From contig NZ_LN831024.1 in assembly GCF_001457615.1 (NCBI RefSeq), forward strand, positions 1,554,773 to 1,594,772: a stretch of 40,000 nt of DNA, in the 5' to 3' direction. This DNA comes from Pseudomonas aeruginosa (lineage in GTDB: Bacteria; Pseudomonadota; Gammaproteobacteria; Pseudomonadales; Pseudomonadaceae). A program made the translations under genes and the position numbers. The notes under the pieces were generated by a model that saw only the letters and a program-made list of their open reading frames with translations, did no database searches and had not been told where the DNA came from. Shown piece by piece: positions 1 to 8,030 of this stretch; position 1 is the first letter of the stretch, and every line of letters starts with the position of its first letter.

Positions 1-345
1 GCGGCGAAGAACGCGATCCTGATCGTCGAGTTCGCCCGCACGCTGGAGGCCGAGGGCGCCCGTGCGCTGGAGGCGGTGGTCGAGGCTTGCCGCCTGCGCC
101 TGCGGCCGATCCTGATGACCTCGCTGGCGTTCATCGCCGGCGTGGTGCCGTTGGTCATGGCCAGCGGCGCCGGAGCGGAAATGCGCCAGGCCATGGGCGT
201 CGCGGTATTCGCCGGGATGCTCGGGGTGACGCTGTTCGGCCTGTTCCTCACGCCAGTGTTCTACGTACTGGTACGGGCACTGGCGGCGCGCCTGGAGCGA
301 CGCGCCGGCGGCAGCCTGGCGCATCTGGAGGGAGGCCGTCCATGA
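1..345 (+). CDS. mexQ: RND multidrug efflux inner-membrane transporter, C-terminal fragment (5' end outside window)
   Basis: Frame 1 reads AAKNAILIVEFA..., the conserved AcrB/Mex C-terminal region followed by TM helices. The stop TGA at 343-345 overlaps the next gene's ATG (ATGA). Synteny with opmE supports the call. Confidence 0.85.
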   Translation, partial: AAKNAILIVEFARTLEAEGARALEAVVEACRLRLRPILMTSLAFIAGVVPLVMASGAGAEMRQAMGVAVFAGMLGVTLFGLFLTPVFYVLVRALAARLERRAGGSLAHLEGGRP

Positions 346-1817
346 AGCCATACCTGCGGTCTTCGTTGAGCGCGCTGATCCTGCTGGGCGGCTGTGCCGC
401 GGTGGGGCCCGACTATGCGCCGCCGAGCGCGTCCGCACCGGCCAGCTTCGGCGCGATGCCGGCGGGTATCGATGGCGGTGGCGTGGAGATCGAGTGGTGG
501 CGCGGGTTCGACGAGCCAGACCTGGAGTCTCTGATCCAGCGGGCGCTCGCGGCGAACCTCGACATCGCCCTTGCCGGCGCGCGCCTGGACGAAGCGAAGG
601 CGCTGCTGCGCGAGAACCGCGAAGAGTTCCTGCCGCGCGGCGGCCCGGCGTTCGATTACCAGGCCCGGCGGCGCGGCGAGGTGGAAACACCGGCCGGCCA
701 GCAGCGCGACATCGAGACCTATCGCGGCGCGCTGGATGCTTCCTGGGAAATCGACCTGTTCGGCCGGGTGCGGCGCTCGGTGGAGGCCGCCGAGGCGCAG
801 GCGGGCTCGCGCGAGGCCCTGCTGCGCAACGTGCAGGCGAGCGTCGCGGCTACGGTTGCCATGACCTGGTTCCAGCTACAGGGCATCGAGGCCGAACTTG
901 CGGTGGTCCATGACATCGCCGGCAACCAGCGCGACAGCCTGGAGATGGTCGAACGCCTGGTCAGCGCCGGCTCCGCCCACGAGTTCGACCGGTTGCGCGC
1001 CGAAGCGTTATTGCACAACGTCGAGGCGGCCGTGCCCGACCTCGAACGGCGCCGCGCCGCCACCCGCAATGCGCTGGCCGTTCTCCTTGCGGAAGCCCCG
1101 CAGGCCTTCAGCCCGCCGGTCGCCCGTGCCTCCGGGGAAAGGCTGACGCTCCGCACCCTCGGGGTCGGCGACCCGGCGGGACTGCTGGCGCGTCGCGCCG
1201 ACATCGCCGCGGCCGAACGCAACCTGGCGGCCGCGACCGCACGTATCGGCGTCGAGACCGCGGGGCTGTATCCGCAGGTCGAGGTACGCGGCTCGATCGG
1301 CCTGGTCGCCGGCAATCTCGATGCTTTGGACGAGAGTGGTACGTCCTTCAACGTCCTGAACCCGGTGATTCGCTGGGCGTTACTCGACCGCGGTCGCGTG
1401 CGGGCGCGGATCGCCGCCAGCGAGGCCCGTGCGCAGGAGGCATTGATCCTCTACGACCGGACGGTGCTGCGCGCCCTGCAGGAGACCGATGATGCCTTCA
1501 ACGGCTATGGCGCTGCCGCTGACAGGCTCCGCCTGCGCCTGCTCGAGGCGACGGCCAATCGCGAGGCGGCGCGCCTGGCCCGGGAACGCTTCGTCCAGGG
1601 GGACGGCGAGTACCTGGACGTGCTCGAGGCGGAACGCTCGGACTACCTCAGCCGGCGCGCATTGAGCATCGCGCGCACCGAGCAGCGCCTTGCCGTCGTG
1701 GGTATCTACAAGGCGCTGGGTGGTGGCTGGGAAGCCTGCGCGGGGGCGCGGCGCTGTGGCGTGGCTACCGACGATACCTCTCCAGGCGTGGCACGGCAGC
1801 GCGACAGTCGCTCCTGA
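342..1817 (+). CDS. opmE: Outer-membrane efflux lipoprotein, NodT/OprM family (491 aa)
   Basis: N-terminus MKPYLRSSLSALILLGGC carries a lipobox. The protein has the two-repeat OMF architecture and its start overlaps the mexQ stop. The longer track ORF starting at 87 is an out-of-context extension. Confidence 0.9.
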   Translation: MKPYLRSSLSALILLGGCAAVGPDYAPPSASAPASFGAMPAGIDGGGVEIEWWRGFDEPDLESLIQRALAANLDIALAGARLDEAKALLRENREEFLPRGGPAFDYQARRRGEVETPAGQQRDIETYRGALDASWEIDLFGRVRRSVEAAEAQAGSREALLRNVQASVAATVAMTWFQLQGIEAELAVVHDIAGNQRDSLEMVERLVSAGSAHEFDRLRAEALLHNVEAAVPDLERRRAATRNALAVLLAEAPQAFSPPVARASGERLTLRTLGVGDPAGLLARRADIAAAERNLAAATARIGVETAGLYPQVEVRGSIGLVAGNLDALDESGTSFNVLNPVIRWALLDRGRVRARIAASEARAQEALILYDRTVLRALQETDDAFNGYGAAADRLRLRLLEATANREAARLARERFVQGDGEYLDVLEAERSDYLSRRALSIARTEQRLAVVGIYKALGGGWEACAGARRCGVATDDTSPGVARQRDSRS

Positions 1818-1823
1818 TCAGCC

Positions 1824-1850
1824 GCCGGCGGTTTCCGGCCGCCGGCCTTC
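1824..1850 (+). terminator. GC-rich hairpin just after the opmE stop (possible terminator)
   Basis: GCCGGCGG (1824-1831) pairs with CCGCCGGC (1839-1846) around a 7-nt loop. Only a weak T run (CTTC) follows. Confidence 0.35.
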
Positions 1851-2352
1851 GCTCGACTGCCTGGGTCGAGGGCCGTGCGGCGCGTCCTCCGGTTATTTGG
1901 CGAACCCCGGGAGTACGGATTGCCTGGCGCGGATCGCTCGTCCCTGTCCGCCTTATCGATAAGTCGGTTCCGAACTCTTTTTCGGTAGTTCATTCAGATG
2001 GATGAGTGAAGAGGGCAGATGGAAAGTATCTGCTCGGGACTTCAATGTTCAGAAGAGTGGGGAAGTATTACTTTCTCATTGTTCTTCAGGTACGTTCCGG
2101 CTGCCCGCCGTTTCTTATTGAACGAGGTCACTCCTGTGCCTCTGCGCTCGCGCCGCACGGAGACGTCGAATACATATCGTCGAGAGGTTCTTCAGTGGTG
2201 AGTGGAGCTGGCTGAGGCGGTATCTCGGTTGCCTGGCGGAGTTGTTCTATATGTTCGTTCTTGGCTTTGCCCGTTGTTTGAAGTTTGCGGAATAACCTCT
2301 GGAACTATTCATATGAATTTTTGAAAGTTTGGTTTACCTGAGAGATTTATGA

Positions 2353-2383
2353 GTTGACCTTGTCACGATGGCAGGACTCATGG
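2353..2383 (+). promoter_or_regulatory. MerR/CueR-type promoter-operator upstream of the copper chaperone gene
   Basis: TTGACC -35 (2353-2358), a 19-bp spacer with an imperfect dyad, and CATGGT as -10. It is 23/31 identical to the element at 2944-2974 and ends about 31 nt before the ATG. Confidence 0.6.
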
Positions 2384-2414
2384 TTCGCAGGAGTCAACAA
2401 ACCAGGAGGTTGCG

Positions 2415-2609
2415 ATGTTTTCTTTCCATATTCCGAACATGACCTGCGGCGGTTGTGCCAAGACTGTCACCCGTATCCTGCACGGCGTCGATCCCCAGGC
2501 GCGCGTAGAGACCGATCCCCCTCGGCGCGAGGCTAGGGTCGAGAGCACTCTGGACAAGCACGCATTCCTCGAGGCGTTGAGCGAGGCCGGTTATCCGGAG
2601 GGCCGTTGA
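2415..2609 (+). CDS. copZ1: HMA-domain copper chaperone (64 aa)
   Basis: MTCGGC metal-binding motif (MxCxxC) at residues 9-14, ferredoxin-like HMA length, and AGGAGG RBS at 2404-2409. Position matches PA3520. Confidence 0.9.
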   Translation: MFSFHIPNMTCGGCAKTVTRILHGVDPQARVETDPPRREARVESTLDKHAFLEALSEAGYPEGR

Positions 2610-2943
2610 GTGCATGGGCATGACGCAGGCGTAGGGTCGGATAGTAGCGTTTCGCCCAGTGCCGGCAATAGGAAAATGATTTTCATTGAAGTCTGCGCGC
2701 CATATGCCATCAATGGCGCTTGGCTATTGTGGAAAGAACGCTTTGGAATTTGTAAATCAATATTTCAGTCGGCCGCGAGGTGACAGTTATGTGAACGGAA
2801 AGAGGCGCTGACAGGAAACCCTAAAAGTTATTCTCCGATGGATTCGCAGGCCTTTAGCTCGGGGTTTTTCGCAGCGCATCCAGTGTTATCGAAGAGCACC
2901 TTTCGGCGAACTCCGTTGTCCGCCGAGAAGGCCGCTGCATTGC

Positions 2944-2974
2944 TTGACCTTGCCACCGTGGCAAGCTTTACGGT
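2944..2974 (+). promoter_or_regulatory. MerR/CueR-type promoter-operator of the 5-gene biosynthetic operon
   Basis: TTGACC -35 (2944-2949), 19-bp spacer, TACGGT -10. A perfect dyad CTTGCCAC-C-GTGGCAAG (2949-2965) lies inside the spacer, as in CueR/MerR operators. Confidence 0.7.
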
Positions 2975-3009
2975 CGCCCCGCACAACAACAAAAACAAGG
3001 GTGATCCAA

Positions 3010-4047
3010 ATGACTTCAAATCCGTTACAGCAATGCTGCAGTTCTTCCTCCGATATGAATATCCGTTCCCAGCGGACAATGTCGGAACCTGCCCGAAATG
3101 CATCGGCTCTCCTGGCTGAAGCCTTGAAACCCGGTGCCTCCCTGGACCAGATCACGCTCGCGCTCGAGGCGATTCTCGCGGTCACGGCCAAAGGCCTGGG
3201 CGGCGATGCTTCGGCTTACGCGCAGTACCAGGCGTTGCTCCTGGAACTGCACGTAGGCAGCGATCCGCATACGGAGCCGACCCGCCGCTGGATGGCGAGC
3301 CAGGTCTACCTGGTCGAGGATCGTTTCGCTCCCGAGCCGGCCGGTTTCAGCGCCGTCCCGGTGGAGGAGTTCCGCAAGAAGGTCGACGCCGAGATCGAGG
3401 CGCGCAGCCGGGTGCGCCATCCCATGTCGGTCCACCTGTTCCAGGGCACGCCGCCGGTCGAGGACGTGCGCTTCTTCCTGGAACACCATTGGGTCCGTTC
3501 CTACAACTTCTACAGCCTCCTGGCGGAGCTGGCCTTCCGCTTCGAAAACATCGAGGACGCCTCGGTGTTCTACCGCAACCTCTACGGCGAGGCCGGGGCG
3601 GAGACGCCGGAGCGCTCGCACCCCGCGTTGCTGTCCCACCTGATGACCTACTTCGACATTCCGCTGCGCATCGATTTCCCGGCGCTGCATCCGCTGGAGA
3701 AGGCCTACCTCAACAACCGTATCCGTTGCGTGCGGCACACCGATGTCGCCTGGGGCCTTGCGCTCCTGTACGCGGTCGAGTCGGTGAGCTGCGTCAACCA
3801 CCGGCGCATCTACGAACTCCTGCAGCGCCTGGGCGTGCCCGAGCAACCCAGCGAGTTCCATCGCCTGCACGGCACCCAGGACGAGATCGATACCGAGGAG
3901 ATGTGGGCGCTGATCGCCAAGTTCGCGCCGAGCGAAGACTTCCAGCGCCAGTTCATGCAGTCGCTGGCGCGCCACTTCGAAATCAACCGGGCCTACTTCG
4001 ACCTGCTCTGGGAGCAGATGCAGGCGAATTCCCTGGCCATGGCCTGA
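3010..4047 (+). CDS. flcE: Heme-oxygenase-like diiron oxidase/oxygenase (HDO) family protein, paralog 1 (345 aa)
   Basis: Helical protein with dispersed E/H ligand patterns (YGEAG..ERSHP, AVES, HRLHG..DEID), reminiscent of TenA/PqqC/CADD-like iron enzymes. RBS AAGGGTG lies before the ATG at 3010. Paralogous to the next gene; position matches PA3519. The gene-letter assignment is from memory. Confidence 0.8.
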   Translation: MTSNPLQQCCSSSSDMNIRSQRTMSEPARNASALLAEALKPGASLDQITLALEAILAVTAKGLGGDASAYAQYQALLLELHVGSDPHTEPTRRWMASQVYLVEDRFAPEPAGFSAVPVEEFRKKVDAEIEARSRVRHPMSVHLFQGTPPVEDVRFFLEHHWVRSYNFYSLLAELAFRFENIEDASVFYRNLYGEAGAETPERSHPALLSHLMTYFDIPLRIDFPALHPLEKAYLNNRIRCVRHTDVAWGLALLYAVESVSCVNHRRIYELLQRLGVPEQPSEFHRLHGTQDEIDTEEMWALIAKFAPSEDFQRQFMQSLARHFEINRAYFDLLWEQMQANSLAMA

Positions 4048-4079
4048 TGCCTATCCAGAACAAGAACAAGGAGTACAGG

Positions 4080-5066
4080 ATGAATACCCGCAATTTTTCC
4101 CTGCCGCAGTTGCAGAACCTGCCCATCGAAGAAGCACGCATCGTTGCCGATGCGCTGGCCGTCCACGCTACTTCCCGCCAGATCGATAGCGCCGCGAGCA
4201 AGCTGGCCGCGCTGGCCGAGGCAGGGCTCAAGGGCGACCGCCAGGCCTATGCCGCGTACCAGCAGTTGCTCTACGTCCTTTCGTTGAGCGACGACGTGGC
4301 GACCGCCCAGACCCGGCGCTGGCTGGCCCGGGCGATCTATCGCGTCGAAGAGCGTTTCATGCCCGCCGCCGATCTTTCCAGGGCGTTGTCCGAGGAGGAT
4401 TTCCAGAAGCGACTCGAACAGGAAATCGCCGCGCAGTCCCGCGAGCGGCACCCGATGTCGCAGTACGTGTTCTCCGGCTCGGCCTCCCGCGCGCAGCTCC
4501 AGGTGTTCCTCCGTCACCAGTGGTTCCGCACCTTCCGCCTGTACCGCGATGCGGCCGACCTGTTGGTCAACCTGACCGATGTGGACGAGGCCGCGGCGCT
4601 CGCGCGTTACCTCTATGGCGAGTTGGGCGAGGAAGACGAAAAGGGTTCGCATCCGCGCCTGCTGGCCAAGCTGCTCGAGGCCATCGGCCTTGAGGCGGAC
4701 TTCCAGGCCGTGTCGACGATGCCCGAGGAAATCGCCTACCTGAACAATCGCGCCCGTGCCTTCCGGCATGCCGAGGTCGGTTGGGGGCTGGCGGTGTTCT
4801 ACATCACCGAACTGGTCGTGCCGGGGAACCACGAAAAGCTCTATCGGGCCCTGCTCCAGGCCGGCCTGAGCGAGGACCAGGCGGAGTACTACAAGGTCCA
4901 CATCAGCCTCGTACCGCCGCGGGCCAAGCGCGAATGGCAACTCATCGCGCGGCGGATTCCGGACGTGCAGTTCCAGAATGCGTTCCTGACCTCGCTATCG
5001 CAGCACTTCCGTGTGGAAAGGGCCTATTACGACGCGATCTGGGAAGAGATGCAGAGCGTCAAGTGA
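4080..5066 (+). CDS. flcD: Heme-oxygenase-like diiron oxidase/oxygenase (HDO) family protein, paralog 2 (328 aa)
   Basis: Collinear similarity to 3010-4047: RHPMSQYVF vs RHPMSVHLF, YGELGEEDEKGSHPRLL vs YGEAGAETPERSHPALL, AYLNNRARAFRH vs AYLNNRIRCVRH. AAGGAG RBS at 4068-4073. Confidence 0.8.
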   Translation: MNTRNFSLPQLQNLPIEEARIVADALAVHATSRQIDSAASKLAALAEAGLKGDRQAYAAYQQLLYVLSLSDDVATAQTRRWLARAIYRVEERFMPAADLSRALSEEDFQKRLEQEIAAQSRERHPMSQYVFSGSASRAQLQVFLRHQWFRTFRLYRDAADLLVNLTDVDEAAALARYLYGELGEEDEKGSHPRLLAKLLEAIGLEADFQAVSTMPEEIAYLNNRARAFRHAEVGWGLAVFYITELVVPGNHEKLYRALLQAGLSEDQAEYYKVHISLVPPRAKREWQLIARRIPDVQFQNAFLTSLSQHFRVERAYYDAIWEEMQSVK

Positions 5067-5096
5067 CTTCCACCGGGACAAAGCGAGCACTCGAAA

Positions 5097-6530
5097 ATGC
5101 CAAGTCACATTACGGAATCCCGTATACACGGGGGCGCCTACTCGTCCCCGGCATTCGCCGCGATCTTTTCCGATACCAACCAGGTGCGGAGGTGGCTGGA
5201 TGTCGAGCGAGCCTTGGCGGCGACCCAGGCCGAGATGGGCATCATCCCCCACGAGGCGGCGCGGGAGATCGACCGCGCCGCCCAGGTGGAGCGCTTCGAC
5301 CTCACCCAACTGGGCCGCGAAAGCCTGGAGACAGGGCACCTACTGGTGCCTACCATCCGCGCCCTGGCGAGGTCGTGCGAGGGTAGCTGGGGGGAGTACG
5401 TGCACTATGGCGTGACCACCCAGGACATCCTCGACACCGGGCTGATGCTGCAGGTCAAGGAAGCCTGGGGCCATGCGCTCGGGCTCCTGCACTCGATCCG
5501 TGGCCATCTGCTGGCGCTTGCCCTGCGCCACCAGCACACGCCGATGGTTGCACGCACCCACGGGCAGCAGGCGCTGCCCACGACCTTCGGCTACAAGGTC
5601 GCCGTCTGGGTGGATGAAATCGACCGTCACCTGGCGCGCTTCGACGAAGCGCGCGAACGCGTCCTGGTCGGCAACCTGACCGGTGCCGTGGGAACCCTGG
5701 CGTCGTTCGGCGCCCAGGGCTTCGAGCTACAGCGGCGAACCCTGGCCAGGCTTGGCCTCGGCGCGCCGTCGACCAGTTGGCACAGCGCCCGGGACCGGGT
5801 GCTGGAGGTTGCCGGGTTGCTGGTCCAGGTGTCGGTGACGCTGGGCCGGGTGGCGAACGAGATCTACCACCTGCAGCGCAGCGAAATCGACGAGGTACGC
5901 GAGGGCAGCCGGCCGGGACAGGTGGGCAGCAGCACCATGCCGCACAAGCGGAACCCGTCGTCGGTCGACCTGGTCAGCGCGCTGTCGCGGCTGGTGCGGG
6001 CACAGATGGTGGCGCTCACCGATGCCGCGTTCCAGTTGCACGAGCGCGACGGCACCGCCTGGCGCATCGAGTGGGCGGCGTTGCCGGAGCTGTTCGTCTA
6101 CGCCGGCGCCTTGCTGACCCGCATGGAGGCGGTGCTGGCCGAGGGGCTCGAGGTGCGCGAGGAACGCATGCGCGCCAACCTCGACCTGCTGGGTGGGCTG
6201 ATCCTGTCGGAGCGGGTCATGCTCGCGCTGGCGGGGCAGTTCGGCAAGCAGACCGCCCACGAACTGCTCCATGAGATAACCCAGGCCTCCCAGCGGCAGG
6301 GCGTTCCGTTCCGCGAGGCGCTGCTCGGGCAGCCAAGGTTGCGCGGCTGTTTCAGCGCCGAGGCGCTCGAAGAACTGCTCGACCCCGTCGGCTACGTCGG
6401 CCTCGCCGCGGAGATGGTCGACCTGGTCGCCGGCAAACCACGAACCGGCGCGTCGGGCGACAGGCCCGAAGGCGCCGCCTCTTCCCAAGGAAATCCCGGT
6501 CAGTCCCAGTACGTGATGGAGGATAGGTGA
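5097..6530 (+). CDS. flcC: Fumarate-lyase superfamily enzyme (adenylosuccinate lyase / 3-carboxymuconate cycloisomerase-like), paralog 1 (477 aa)
   Basis: Superfamily signature GSSTMPHKRNP is present, with a conserved N-terminal block WLDVERALA..Q. Position matches PA3517. Confidence 0.85.
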   Translation: MPSHITESRIHGGAYSSPAFAAIFSDTNQVRRWLDVERALAATQAEMGIIPHEAAREIDRAAQVERFDLTQLGRESLETGHLLVPTIRALARSCEGSWGEYVHYGVTTQDILDTGLMLQVKEAWGHALGLLHSIRGHLLALALRHQHTPMVARTHGQQALPTTFGYKVAVWVDEIDRHLARFDEARERVLVGNLTGAVGTLASFGAQGFELQRRTLARLGLGAPSTSWHSARDRVLEVAGLLVQVSVTLGRVANEIYHLQRSEIDEVREGSRPGQVGSSTMPHKRNPSSVDLVSALSRLVRAQMVALTDAAFQLHERDGTAWRIEWAALPELFVYAGALLTRMEAVLAEGLEVREERMRANLDLLGGLILSERVMLALAGQFGKQTAHELLHEITQASQRQGVPFREALLGQPRLRGCFSAEALEELLDPVGYVGLAAEMVDLVAGKPRTGASGDRPEGAASSQGNPGQSQYVMEDR

Positions 6531-7981
6531 TGGATGCTGAATCGCTGGAAATGCTTGCCCGTTCCTCGTGCACCGCGCATCCGCAGAGCTTCGGCGGCGC
6601 ACCGGCCGAGTCGTCCTGCAAGCACGAACACAGTCACATCGTTGACTCTAAAACCCATGGCGGCGGCTACGCCGGTCCGGTGAGCCGCCGGATCTTCTGT
6701 AGCCACTGCCGCCTGCAACGCTGGCTCGACGTGGAGGCGGCGCTGGCGCTGGCGCAGGCCGATGTCGGCGTCATTCCGCCCGAGGCGGCGCTGGAGATCG
6801 CGAAGGCCGCCAGGCTTTCGGCCGTCGACCTGCAGCAGATCGCCGACGGCGTGGCCAGCACCGGGCACTCGCTGATGCCCCTGCTGGGCGCGCTGCAAAG
6901 GAACTGCAGCCCCAGCGCGCGCGAGTACGTGCATTTCGGCGCGACCACGCAGGATATCCAGGACACCGCGCAGTCCCTGGAAATGCGCGATGTGCTGGAT
7001 GAAACGGAGCGGGCGCTGGACATCCTCCTGGACCGGCTCTCGGTGCTGGCGAGCGGGACCCGCAATGCGCTGATGGTCGCCAGGACCCACTCGATCCCGG
7101 CGTTGCCAACCACCTTCGGGCTGAAGGTGGCCGGCTGGATCGACGAGTTGCTGCGTCACCGCGAACGCCTGGGCGAGGCGCGCAAGCGGATCCTGGTGGT
7201 GCAACTGTTCGGCGGCGTGGGCACGATGGCCGCCTTCGGCGACGAGGCCATGCTCCTGCTCGAAAGCTTCGCGCGGCGGCTGTCGCTGGACGTGCCGCTG
7301 GCGGGTTGGCACGTGTCCCGCGACCGGGTTACCGAGTTCGTCAGCACCCTGGCCATGGTCACCGCGTCCCTGGCGCGGATCGCCGACGAGATCCGCACCC
7401 TGAACCGCTGGGAGATCGGCGAGCTGGAGGTGGGCTGGACGCAGCAGCAGATCGGTAGCAGCACCATGCCCCACAAGCGCAATCCGGAAGGCTGCGAGCA
7501 GGTCGTGGTGCTGGCCCGGCTGGCCAAGGCCCAGGTCCTGCTCGCGTTGGACGCCATGATCCTCGAGCACGAGCGGGACTACCGCGGCACGCGCCTGGAA
7601 TGGTGTGCGGTGGCGGACGTTTCCCACTATGCGCTGATGGCGCTGTCGCTGCTGACCGACACCATCGACGGGCTCACGGTCCACGACGAGACCATGGCGC
7701 GGACGGCGAATGCATACAGCGATGCGATCTGTACCGAGGCGTTCGTCTTCGAGATGGCCAAGCAACTGGGCAAGAGCAGCGCTTACGAAATCATCTTCGA
7801 GATCACCCAGGCCTGCCAGCGCAAGCGGATTCCGATGCGCCAGGCGCTCGAGTCGGATCCGCGGGTGGGCGCCGTCATGCCGAAGGAAACCCTGGCCAGG
7901 CTGTTCGAGCCGCGGACCCATCTCGGCATGGCCGGGACCATCGTCGACAAGGTGCTGGACAAGGTCGCCAGCCACCACTGA
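6527..7981 (+). CDS. flcB: Fumarate-lyase superfamily enzyme, paralog 2, with Cys/His-containing N-terminal extension
   Basis: GSSTMPHKRNP signature. The start (GTG 6527 or ATG 6530) overlaps the upstream stop TGA at 6528-6530. About 33 extra N-terminal residues relative to the paralog include SSC...SSCKHEHSH. Confidence 0.85.
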   Translation: MMDAESLEMLARSSCTAHPQSFGGAPAESSCKHEHSHIVDSKTHGGGYAGPVSRRIFCSHCRLQRWLDVEAALALAQADVGVIPPEAALEIAKAARLSAVDLQQIADGVASTGHSLMPLLGALQRNCSPSAREYVHFGATTQDIQDTAQSLEMRDVLDETERALDILLDRLSVLASGTRNALMVARTHSIPALPTTFGLKVAGWIDELLRHRERLGEARKRILVVQLFGGVGTMAAFGDEAMLLLESFARRLSLDVPLAGWHVSRDRVTEFVSTLAMVTASLARIADEIRTLNRWEIGELEVGWTQQQIGSSTMPHKRNPEGCEQVVVLARLAKAQVLLALDAMILEHERDYRGTRLEWCAVADVSHYALMALSLLTDTIDGLTVHDETMARTANAYSDAICTEAFVFEMAKQLGKSSAYEIIFEITQACQRKRIPMRQALESDPRVGAVMPKETLARLFEPRTHLGMAGTIVDKVLDKVASHH

Positions 7982-8030
7982 ATCACCCGCCGCCAGAGGC
8001 GGCGGTACTGCACATCAACGGAGAACAAGA

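Noticed and set aside
87-341. N-terminal 85 aa of the 576-aa track ORF preceding opmE
   Set aside because: It overlaps the mexQ coding frame. The lipoprotein signal with lipobox begins at the ATG at 342, which overlaps the mexQ stop, so the true start is 342.
2006-2215. 60-69 aa ORFs in the AT-rich opmE-copZ spacer
   Set aside because: No RBS and no GC3 codon bias typical of genes here. The sequence is low-complexity and Cys/Phe/Ser-rich, so they are probably chance ORFs in AT-rich DNA.
2828-3191. 91-101 aa ORFs on both strands across the flc promoter, and the 2944-3009 extension of flcE
   Set aside because: They overlap the CueR-type operator/promoter. The extension would start inside the -35 element. 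The RBS supports the ATG at 3010.
3489-4079. Upstream 197 codons of the 525-aa track ORF (frame of flcD)
   Set aside because: It overlaps flcE out of frame with Arg/Pro/Gly-rich shadow composition. The AAGGAG RBS and paralog alignment place the start at 4080.
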